From contig JBHHUM010000002.1 in the NCBI GenBank assembly GCA_046861645.1, positions 512 through 64,511 on the forward strand: a stretch of DNA of 64,000 nt, given 5' to 3'. Shown piece by piece: positions 56,458 to 64,000 of this stretch (positions are counted from its first letter, which is position 1; each line of letters begins with the position of its first letter). Made by a program: the position numbers and the translations under genes. The notes beneath the pieces are model-generated. The model saw nothing but the letters and a program-made list of their open reading frames with translations. It was not told the DNA's origin and searched no databases. The stretch is from Fidelibacterota bacterium. GTDB lineage: Bacteria > Fidelibacterota > Marinisomatia > Marinisomatales > UBA2128.

Positions 56458-57723
56458 ATGAGTACTCAATCCCAATCTGAATTCATCTGCATAAAATGTG
56501 GCGAGTCGTACCCTATGTTGGAGCGTCGGTACCGGTGCGACTGTGGGGAACTGTTGGAAGTCATACACGATTTCAGTGATATATCTGCTGATAAGTGGAA
56601 GCGTCAGGTCGATGAGAACCAGAATGATGTTGCCTTCCGCCGCTACCTGGATGTTCTTATGCCCTCACTCGAGTCTGACTCCATTGTCACTCTTGGTGAA
56701 GGCGATACACCTCTCTATAATGTTACGGATGAATTTTCATCCGATCTGGGAATTGAGCTTCTTTTAAAACACGAAGGGATGAACCCTACCCTCAGCTTCA
56801 AGGATCGGGGGATGGTGGCGGGTGTTTCCTGGGCGAAACATCTTGGGTGTGAGCACGTCATCTGTGCTTCTACAGGAGATACCTCAGCATCCATGGCCGC
56901 TTATGCAGCCCACGCTGGGAAGATGATGGGGATTGTTCTGCTGCCGAAAGGTAAAATCTCACAGGAGCAGCTTGTGCAGCCCATCTCCTACGGAGCGGTT
57001 ACCATCGGATTGGAAACAGATTTTGACGGTTGTATGAAGCTTGTTCAGGAACTGACAGCCAAGCACCCCATTTACCTGTTGAACTCCATGAACTCTGTAC
57101 GTATCGAAGGACAGAAAGCTATCGGTATAGAGACGCTGCACCAGCTTAACTGGGACGTGCCGGACTGGTTTGTCATCCCCGTGGGAAATGCCGGGAATAT
57201 ATCAGCCCTGGGAAAAGGTCTCAGTGAGCTCAAGGAGTTAGGGGTAATCGATCGTTTACCGAGGTTGGCTGGAATACAAGCCGAGTCTGCAACTCCCCTT
57301 TATGTAAGTTATCAAAATGGGTTTTCTGATTTGATTCCCCAAGCAGCCAAACCTACAGAAGCCAGTGCTATCAGAATCGGGAATCCGGTGAGTTTTAAGA
57401 AGGCAGTCCGGGAGCTGAAGCATTTCAACGGAGTTGTGGAAATGGTTTCCGAGCAGGAACTGATGGACTGGAAGGCCCGCGTGGAGCGTATTGGTATTGC
57501 CATTTGCCCCAATTCTGCTGTTGCTGTCGCAGGCGTGAAGAAGCTGGTAGATAGTGGTGTAATCAGCGAAGGGGAAAAGGTTGTTGTTGTGCTTACAGCC
57601 CACGGAAGTAAATTCTCATCCAGCGCCATGGGGTACCACGATAATGCAGAAAACAGATACGCTAACCAGCCACTGTACCTGCCCGCAGAAGTGTCGGCAA
57701 TTGAAAAACTGTTAACGTTATGA
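56458..57723 (+). CDS. thrC: threonine synthase (with N-terminal zinc ribbon)
   Basis: CIKCG...CDCG, PLP-lysine SFKDRG, GNAGN loop. Confidence 0.9.
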   Translation: MSTQSQSEFICIKCGESYPMLERRYRCDCGELLEVIHDFSDISADKWKRQVDENQNDVAFRRYLDVLMPSLESDSIVTLGEGDTPLYNVTDEFSSDLGIELLLKHEGMNPTLSFKDRGMVAGVSWAKHLGCEHVICASTGDTSASMAAYAAHAGKMMGIVLLPKGKISQEQLVQPISYGAVTIGLETDFDGCMKLVQELTAKHPIYLLNSMNSVRIEGQKAIGIETLHQLNWDVPDWFVIPVGNAGNISALGKGLSELKELGVIDRLPRLAGIQAESATPLYVSYQNGFSDLIPQAAKPTEASAIRIGNPVSFKKAVRELKHFNGVVEMVSEQELMDWKARVERIGIAICPNSAVAVAGVKKLVDSGVISEGEKVVVVLTAHGSKFSSSAMGYHDNAENRYANQPLYLPAEVSAIEKLLTL

Positions 57724-58676
57724 AAACTAAAGTAAAAGTTTTCTCGCCTGCCACCATCGGCAACATAGGTCCCGGTTTCGATGTTCTCGGTCTTGCTGTG
57801 AAAGGTCTCGGAGACATCGTGGAAGCCCGGAAGATACCGGAAGGAGTGATCATCGAGAGCATCGAGAATGCCGACCACGAGATTTCCATGAAAGCAGATG
57901 AGAACACAGCCGGCATCGCTGCCCGGGAGGTGCTGAATATCTTACGTGAGAAGAGAGGTGTCGCCTTGAAGGTCATCAAGGGACTGCCCGCAGGTTCTGG
58001 TTTGGGGAGCAGTGCCGCTTCTGCTGCTGCTGCCGCTTATGCTGCTAATCTGCTCTTTGGAAAGAAACTGTCCAAGTCAGAACTTATTCTCCCGGCGACG
58101 CTGGCGGAGGAATATGTCAGTGGAGGGTTCTTTGCTGACAACGTGGCTCCTGCTCTGCTTGGCGGCGCTACTCTTACCAGGTCGAGCGTTCCGCTGGATG
58201 TGACCAGACTAGGTACAATCTCCCGGCTTATCATTGTCCTGGTCATCCCGAAGATTCAGATTCTGACACGGAAGGCCCGGGAAATTCTTCCCAGCAAAGT
58301 GAACATGTACGGTTTTGTGGCCAACATGGCCAACGCCTGCCTCATCGCATCGGCCTTCTCCAAGAACAGTTACGGTCTCTTCAGCCGCAGTCTGAAGGAT
58401 ATCGTTATCGAGCCGGTGAGGTCGGAGCTGATCCCGGGATTTGATGAAGTGAAGGCGAGAGCTTTAGAGGCTGGTGCCGATGGTATGACTATTTCCGGTG
58501 CCGGTCCCACAGTGTTTGCCATTACCAACTCCCAGAAGAAAGCGCCGGTGATCGAACATGCTATGGTCACAACATTCCGTGAACATGGAGTCGAGTGTGA
58601 TTCGGTGATTACTTCGCCGTCAGCTAAAGGGACTGTAGAGATTCAGACGGACGACTTCGATATTTTTGATCATTAG
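57720..58676 (+). CDS. thrB: homoserine kinase (GHMP family)
   Basis: FSPATIGNIGPGFDVLG and GHMP motif GLPAGSGLGSSAASAAAA. 4-nt overlap with thrC. Confidence 0.9.
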   Translation: MKTKVKVFSPATIGNIGPGFDVLGLAVKGLGDIVEARKIPEGVIIESIENADHEISMKADENTAGIAAREVLNILREKRGVALKVIKGLPAGSGLGSSAASAAAAAYAANLLFGKKLSKSELILPATLAEEYVSGGFFADNVAPALLGGATLTRSSVPLDVTRLGTISRLIIVLVIPKIQILTRKAREILPSKVNMYGFVANMANACLIASAFSKNSYGLFSRSLKDIVIEPVRSELIPGFDEVKARALEAGADGMTISGAGPTVFAITNSQKKAPVIEHAMVTTFREHGVECDSVITSPSAKGTVEIQTDDFDIFDH

Positions 58677-58685
58677 ACTTTTTTA

Positions 58686-59411
58686 TTAGACTGTCTGATA
58701 ACTACCTGCTTCTTCCCGAGCTCTGAACGGGCGATAGAGTCCCCAGAACAACAACAGGAAGAATCCATCCAATATGATGAGGTACCACGGGTGAGGTGGC
58801 AGCCATAGGATGGGGCCGAAGTCCAAGCTTGGGACATCCATCATGTAGAGGTAATTGCCGCCGGTTAGAAAATCTATTGGGAGGACGATACCGAAGGCGA
58901 GGAGATTCAGGGCAATAAATGCCCGGTGTAGACTACCTTGAGTTGGAGTCAAATGCTGCACTTCGAGGAGATAGATCATCACAAATAGGGTCAGTCCGTG
59001 GCACAAAAACATCCCAAAGTAAGCCATGCTCAGCGGATCACCTTCGAACTCGGGAAAGATAAGAGCTAGACTCGAACCTGCCAGAACCCAATAGAAAAGA
59101 ATGTCAAATAACTTCTGGTTTGGTCTAAGGAGATAATAAATCAGCAGAATCTGGTTAACACGACAGAGGTGCAAGGGAAGGTCGTCAGTGAGGGTGAGTG
59201 TCCCGTTGAGTGATTCGGGAAGCAGCCAGATAATGTAGCGAACTGCTAGAACAGCAGCCAACCAAGAGTGAATGCGGTACCGGAGGACTTTGGGGTCTTT
59301 CCGTGAGAGCAGGCGAATGCCCCATATAGTCAGAACCGCCAACACAGCCAGTGCAGCCAAGTGGGAGGTTCCAAAAAGTGGAAAAGCTGCAGGATCTTTC
59401 GGACCGTTCAT
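58686..59411 (-). CDS. polytopic membrane protein (YwaF-like?)
   Basis: Seven hydrophobic segments. The family call is from memory only. Shares 1 nt with birA. Confidence 0.45.
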   Translation of the reverse strand: MNGPKDPAAFPLFGTSHLAALAVLAVLTIWGIRLLSRKDPKVLRYRIHSWLAAVLAVRYIIWLLPESLNGTLTLTDDLPLHLCRVNQILLIYYLLRPNQKLFDILFYWVLAGSSLALIFPEFEGDPLSMAYFGMFLCHGLTLFVMIYLLEVQHLTPTQGSLHRAFIALNLLAFGIVLPIDFLTGGNYLYMMDVPSLDFGPILWLPPHPWYLIILDGFFLLLFWGLYRPFRAREEAGSYQTV

Positions 59412-60196
59412 TATTCTTCGCGCAGTATTGTTATCTCTTCCGAGGAGAGAAGCAATCGGTCGCCGCCGCTCTTGATAATTGCTTCTCCGTCTTCTGCCAC
59501 ACCTGAGAAAGTACCAGTCATTTCTTGACCCTTTCGTAAGAAACTTACACCTTTATGCAGATGAGCACAATAGTCCTCCCATGCTGAGATTATATCGGTT
59601 GTCGCTCCGGATTGGAGACTGTGATACCACGGCTCAAGGCTGTTCAGGATACTCGCCAGCAGTAGTTCCCTCTGGACAGTTTTGCCCGTCTCCTTCAATA
59701 TAGATGTAGCTGTGGCTTGCAAATCGGCTGGGAACTCAATGAGCCTCTCATTAACGTTGAGACCAATGCCGATCACTGCTGATGATAATAGCTCTCCCTT
59801 GAATTTTCCTTCCATCAGAATACCACCGCACTTTTTTCTGTTCAGCAGAATATCATTAGGCCACTTCAGCGCTGGCTGGAGATTGAATTGTTCCAGCGCC
59901 TCTGCAACGGCAATACCGGCCAGGAGTGGAAGGAGTCCGGCAGATTTCCCCTTGATACCGGGTCGCAGGACGACCGAAAAGGCCAACCCCTTTCCTGTCC
60001 CACAGAACCACGACTCTCCATGACGGCCTCGCCCAGCTGTCTGATTATCAGTTGTGATGACGGTGCCTTCCGGTGCACCTTCAGTCGCCAATTCCTGTGC
60101 TTCGGTGTTTGTGGATTCGGTGGCGGGGAAATGTTCTATGCTCCGCCCCAGCCGCTGAGTAGTCAGGTTAGCTTGGATGAGCTGGGTGAAGAGCAT
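59411..60196 (-). CDS. birA: biotin--[acetyl-CoA-carboxylase] ligase (group I, no HTH)
   Basis: GRGRHGESW biotin-binding loop, KWPNDILL. 261 aa. Confidence 0.88.
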   Translation of the reverse strand: MLFTQLIQANLTTQRLGRSIEHFPATESTNTEAQELATEGAPEGTVITTDNQTAGRGRHGESWFCGTGKGLAFSVVLRPGIKGKSAGLLPLLAGIAVAEALEQFNLQPALKWPNDILLNRKKCGGILMEGKFKGELLSSAVIGIGLNVNERLIEFPADLQATATSILKETGKTVQRELLLASILNSLEPWYHSLQSGATTDIISAWEDYCAHLHKGVSFLRKGQEMTGTFSGVAEDGEAIIKSGGDRLLLSSEEITILREE

Positions 60197-60198
60197 TG

Positions 60199-60513
60199 TT
60201 ACCTTAGACGAATATCGGTAATCTCGATAACTGGCGGGAAAACCAAGAAACAGAGAGTATCAGGAAGAACCTCATAACATAGGGTAACTTCCAGTCCATC
60301 ATCTTCAAATTGAACCGGAAGATTTGTGGGCTTATGATTAATAGAGTCTATCATCACCATAAAACCACACCCATCAAGTTCTTCTGATCCAGTGTAAATA
60401 ATAGTCCCATCGTCGCATAATTCTTCAGTCTTGTCTGATGGGGGTTCCTCGCACGAAATCACGAGGAAAGCCCCAATCAGAGTGAAGACAAGCCTATTCT
60501 TTGTATTCACCAT
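60199..60513 (-). CDS. small lipoprotein, function unknown
   Basis: Lipobox-like FLVISC after a signal peptide. 20-nt overlap with the mutase gene. Confidence 0.5.
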   Translation of the reverse strand: MVNTKNRLVFTLIGAFLVISCEEPPSDKTEELCDDGTIIYTGSEELDGCGFMVMIDSINHKPTNLPVQFEDDGLEVTLCYEVLPDTLCFLVFPPVIEITDIRLR

Positions 60514-61987
60514 ATACCTCTTTTAGCACACCAGAGATTTCACCCAGCGTAGCGTGACTGCGGACAGCATCAATTATTGAAGGAAGGAGATTGTCGTCAT
60601 TCTCAGCGGCAACCTTAAGAGCCGTTAGGCCCTCTTGTGCAGCAGATGAATCCCGGTTCTCCTTAAAGGCCTTTAATCGTTTCTTTTGTGTTTCTACTCC
60701 GGATAAATCAATCTGCAGCAGATCGGGAATCTGCTCATTATCACCCGTAAACTTGTTGAGCCCCACAACGACTTGTTCTCCGCTGTCGATCCGCTTCTGA
60801 GATTCATAAGCGCTCCGGGAAATCTCATCTTGAATAAAATTCTGCTCGATGGCTGCCACAGCACCGCCCAAATTATCTATCTTCTCGATGAGAGCTTCAG
60901 CTTCAGCTTCTACGCGATCTGTAAGTTCTTCAACATAGTATGAACCTCCCAGGGGATCTACCGAGTCGGTTACTCGCGATTCGTGAGCGATAATCTGTTG
61001 TGTCCGGAGAGCCAATTCCGCCGAAACTTCAGTGGGCAGAGCCAAAGCTTCATCCCGGGCATTGGTATGGAGGGACTGGGTCCCGCCTAAGACAGCCGAC
61101 AGAGCTTCTATTGCAGTCCGGACAACATTATTGTCGATCTGTTGAGCAGTAAGAGAGGAACCGGCGGTCTGAGTGTGGAAGCGGCACATCATCGCTTTGG
61201 GGTTCGTGGCATGAAATCTTTCTTTCATAATTTTAGCCCAGAGTCGCCGAGCAGCCCGGAACTTGGCAATCTCTTCAAAAAAGTTAATATGAGCGTTAAA
61301 AAAAAACGATAACCGCGGTGCAAAATCATCCACGCTCAGTCCGCGCTCTACTGCTGCCTGAACATAGACGATACCATTAGCAAAGGTAAATGCTAATTCT
61401 TGTACTGCAGTAGAACCGGCTTCACGAATATGATAGCCAGAGATAGAGATAGTATTCCACTTAGGGATATATTTACCGCAGTATTCGAAGATGTCCGTTA
61501 CGATTTTCAAACTTGCACCTGGAGGAAATATATGAGTGCCCCGGGCAACATATTCCTTCAAAATGTCATTTTGAATTGTTCCTCGCAGTTTATCCAGTGA
61601 GAGTCCCTTTCTTTCAGCGACCACAATGTAGAAAGCCAGGAGAATGGCTGCCGTGGAATTGATAGTCATAGATGTTGAGACCTCTTCTTGGGGGATACCG
61701 TTCATGAGGATTTCCATATCTTCTACGGTGCAAATAGGGACTCCTACACGTCCCACTTCACCCTGAGCCATGGGGTGATCGGAGTCGTATCCCATTTGTG
61801 TAGGGAGATCGAAAGCCACAGAAAGTCCCATTACACCCTGTTCCAGTAAATAGTGGTAACGTCGATTGGTTTCTTCTGCTGAAGTGAAACCGGCATATTG
61901 ACGCATGGTCCATAGTTGCTGTCGGTACATTTCTGGGTAGATTCCTCGAGTGAAAGGATATTTACCGGCTTTCTCTTGGTCGCTCAT
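60494..61987 (-). CDS. methylmalonyl-CoA mutase-family catalytic (TIM-barrel) subunit, lacking a B12-binding domain
   Basis: [23 protein letters not shown]...[15 protein letters not shown]...TMNGAV-type core. The chain ends after the linker (497 aa). Confidence 0.88.
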   Translation of the reverse strand: MSDQEKAGKYPFTRGIYPEMYRQQLWTMRQYAGFTSAEETNRRYHYLLEQGVMGLSVAFDLPTQMGYDSDHPMAQGEVGRVGVPICTVEDMEILMNGIPQEEVSTSMTINSTAAILLAFYIVVAERKGLSLDKLRGTIQNDILKEYVARGTHIFPPGASLKIVTDIFEYCGKYIPKWNTISISGYHIREAGSTAVQELAFTFANGIVYVQAAVERGLSVDDFAPRLSFFFNAHINFFEEIAKFRAARRLWAKIMKERFHATNPKAMMCRFHTQTAGSSLTAQQIDNNVVRTAIEALSAVLGGTQSLHTNARDEALALPTEVSAELALRTQQIIAHESRVTDSVDPLGGSYYVEELTDRVEAEAEALIEKIDNLGGAVAAIEQNFIQDEISRSAYESQKRIDSGEQVVVGLNKFTGDNEQIPDLLQIDLSGVETQKKRLKAFKENRDSSAAQEGLTALKVAAENDDNLLPSIIDAVRSHATLGEISGVLKEVYGEYKE

Positions 61988-62733
61988 ACGATACCCCGTG
62001 CTTCCTTTATCTGTTGATAGGCTGCGGATATAGCTTTGAACTTCTCCTCTGCTATTTGTTGAAATTCTGTTCCCAGGTGAGAAACTTTATCGGGATGGAA
62101 CTTAGCAGCCATTTTTCGATAGGCCCGTTTAATGTCATTATCTGAGGCGGAAGGATTTATTTCAAGAATTTTGTAGGCAGCAGTTGAATCCTTATCAAAC
62201 ATAGACTTAATAGAATTGAAATCGGATGGAGAAATCCCCAAATATCCCGAAATCTTTCGAATTATTTCTATTTCGCTGGGATGAATGTGTCCGTCCACCT
62301 GGGAAAGTCCGAAAAGGACATGTATCATCTCCAGACGAGCCGGGTGATCCATTTGGCTCTTTACTTGGTTGCAGATGGTGGGGAGGGAGTAGTCCTGTTT
62401 AAGAATGTCCCTGAAGAGGGTCATGAGATCATGAGCATTTTCTCGTCCAAAATTGGTTGTAAAGAATTGTTTTACGTAATCGAGTTCGGAGCGAAGCAAC
62501 TGCTTATCTGCTTTCATTACCTGTCCAAACAGGACTAAAAGCGCGACGGCGAAATCTCCAGCACGAGTCTGCGGATAAGCACTTTTTGAAACAGGCCCAC
62601 TAAAGATAGTACCCAAACCAACCCCCCCGCGTTCCTCGTTCATAGAGGCTAAAGCATAGCCTATAATTCCACCAATAGGACCAGCAAGAACCCACCCCAG
62701 GCCCCCCCATAATAGTTTATTACTAATACTCAT
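61984..62733 (-). CDS. djlA: DjlA-like membrane co-chaperone (TM + TerB-like + J domain)
   Basis: Start moved to ATG 62733. N-terminal TM, TerB-like middle, C-terminal J domain [30 protein letters not shown]. Confidence 0.75.
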   Translation of the reverse strand: MSISNKLLWGGLGWVLAGPIGGIIGYALASMNEERGGVGLGTIFSGPVSKSAYPQTRAGDFAVALLVLFGQVMKADKQLLRSELDYVKQFFTTNFGRENAHDLMTLFRDILKQDYSLPTICNQVKSQMDHPARLEMIHVLFGLSQVDGHIHPSEIEIIRKISGYLGISPSDFNSIKSMFDKDSTAAYKILEINPSASDNDIKRAYRKMAAKFHPDKVSHLGTEFQQIAEEKFKAISAAYQQIKEARGIV

Positions 62734-62734
62734 T

Positions 62735-63244
62735 TTACTTTTTCCTTTCGATAATAAGTAGCAGTTCGTCTTTTTCCACGGTAGAGCCGAGCTCGACAAC
62801 GATGTCCGAAATTAAACCTGTAACGGGAGCAATAATTTCGTTTTCCATCTTCATAGCCTCAATAATCATCAATTGTTCCCCCTCCTTTACTTCCTGACGT
62901 TCAGTAACGAGAATGGATGAAACCAGCCCAGGAATGGGTGCGTGTAGTCTACCAGAGTGATTATTTTCCTTAACAGTACCTATTTCTTCCCATTCAAGTT
63001 GAGTTTCATCTGCTAGGTTTATCTGGTAGAAATATCGATCAATTTTAACTTGGTACTTTTCTGCTGAACCCTCAACTGAGGCTTGATAGGAATTTCCTTC
63101 AAAAAGAATAGAATAACTGTTTGATGTAATCTGGGCAATATCTAAAGTTAACTTGTTGTCATCGGTTTCCAGAACTATGGAGTTTTCATTCTGGTGAAGG
63201 GAGAAGGTGAAGGATTTACCCTCGGAGTGTGCCCGGAATTTCAT
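62735..63244 (-). CDS. biotin carboxyl carrier protein domain subunit
   Basis: C-terminal biotinyl domain with EAMKMEN. 4-nt overlap with the biotin carboxylase gene. Confidence 0.8.
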   Translation of the reverse strand: MKFRAHSEGKSFTFSLHQNENSIVLETDDNKLTLDIAQITSNSYSILFEGNSYQASVEGSAEKYQVKIDRYFYQINLADETQLEWEEIGTVKENNHSGRLHAPIPGLVSSILVTERQEVKEGEQLMIIEAMKMENEIIAPVTGLISDIVVELGSTVEKDELLLIIERKK

Positions 63245-64000
63245 CGAAGATTCTCCAATCGACCTATCTGCTTCCAGGGTGTTTTAGTAGAGATTTCTTT
63301 TTCTGGGGTAATGGTAGTTGAATAATGACGGGAATGCCAGGCAGCTATGGCTGCAGCAATAAGCAAGTAGTGTTGATCTGCTGTGGTATCCCTCAACTTA
63401 TCCATTTCATTGGCGACAAAGTCAGTGGTGTAATTACCTTTTTGGAATTGAAGATGTTCAAGCACTGCTATACAAAAGGGAATCGTGGTAGCAATACCAC
63501 CGATCTTGCATTCCCGTAAAGCTCTAATCATTCTCAGAAGTGCTTTCTCACGTGATTCATCATATACGATTAGTTTACCCAGCAATGGGTCATAATAAGG
63601 GGTGATCTCCTGACCAGCCTGTAAAGCGTGATCAAAACGAATACCCGGTCCCTCAGGTAAAATAAGTTCGTTGATTGTACCTACGCTGGGGATGAAAGCC
63701 TGGAAACCATCTTCGGCATAAATTCGACATTCGATACTATGTCCAGTTATATTAATGTCTTCCTGAAGAAATGAAAGTTTACTACCGGCGGTAATACTCA
63801 GCTGCTCACGAACAAGGTCTACGCCTGTTATTTCTTCTGTAATGGGATGCTCTACTTGGAGTCGAGTATTGATCTCCAGGAAATAGAAATTTTTACTCTC
63901 GTCTACCAGAAACTCTACGGTCCCTACACCCTGGTATCCAGTATTAAGACAGATCTTTTGAGCGGCACTAGCCATTTTTTTCCACAATGTCCGCTTGATG
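63241..64000 (-). CDS. biotin carboxylase subunit, C-terminal part (gene continues past the right edge)
   Basis: GVGTVEFLVDESKNFYFLEINTRLQVEHPITEEITGVDLV. The frame stays open to the window end. Confidence 0.88.
   Translation of the reverse strand, partial: IKRTLWKKMASAAQKICLNTGYQGVGTVEFLVDESKNFYFLEINTRLQVEHPITEEITGVDLVREQLSITAGSKLSFLQEDINITGHSIECRIYAEDGFQAFIPSVGTINELILPEGPGIRFDHALQAGQEITPYYDPLLGKLIVYDESREKALLRMIRALRECKIGGIATTIPFCIAVLEHLQFQKGNYTTDFVANEMDKLRDTTADQHYLLIAAAIAAWHSRHYSTTITPEKEISTKTPWKQIGRLENLR

Noticed and set aside
62734-62799. 22-codon N-terminal extension of the DjlA-like ORF overlapping the BCCP gene.
   Set aside because: The ATG at 62733 sits 1 nt after the BCCP stop and is immediately followed by the predicted TM helix. 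The longer form would require a 65-nt overlap.

Overview
The window reads as an ordinary chromosomal stretch from a Gram-negative, probably uncultivated bacterium. It holds about 62 protein genes and one tRNA-Thr. Several traits point loosely to the FCB group: a giant LptD/OstA-like protein, a TonB receptor with a CarboxypepD_reg-like N-terminus, a four-helix-bundle gene, and one TAnnTTTG-type promoter motif. That placement is inference only. Most genes are housekeeping: argS, glyQS and hisS; topA, rarA, rng and radC; metH, thyX and thrCB; mnmA with a cysteine desulfurase; birA; and a propionyl-CoA carboxylase / methylmalonyl-CoA mutase cluster. I found no rRNA, CRISPR array, transposase, integrase or phage gene. 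Accessory content is confined to five small islands: (1) a GT2 / nucleosidase-like / SPL-type radical-SAM cassette fused to the end of glyQS, which is the most system-like unexplained unit; (2) a four-helix-bundle (IVS/Avd-like) gene wedged between moxR and its DUF58 partner and bracketed by a long-range inverted repeat; (3) a decayed RelE/ParE-RHH module that is absent from the ORF track; (4) two intact toxin-antitoxin pairs between topA and hisS; (5) several candidate cis-regulatory RNA or DNA structures, namely a metH leader with pseudoknot plus terminator, a G-quadruplex/polypurine tract upstream of topA, a long rng leader, and an ORF-free 290-bp spacer upstream of glyQS. All family assignments come from motif recognition by eye. 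No database search was run.
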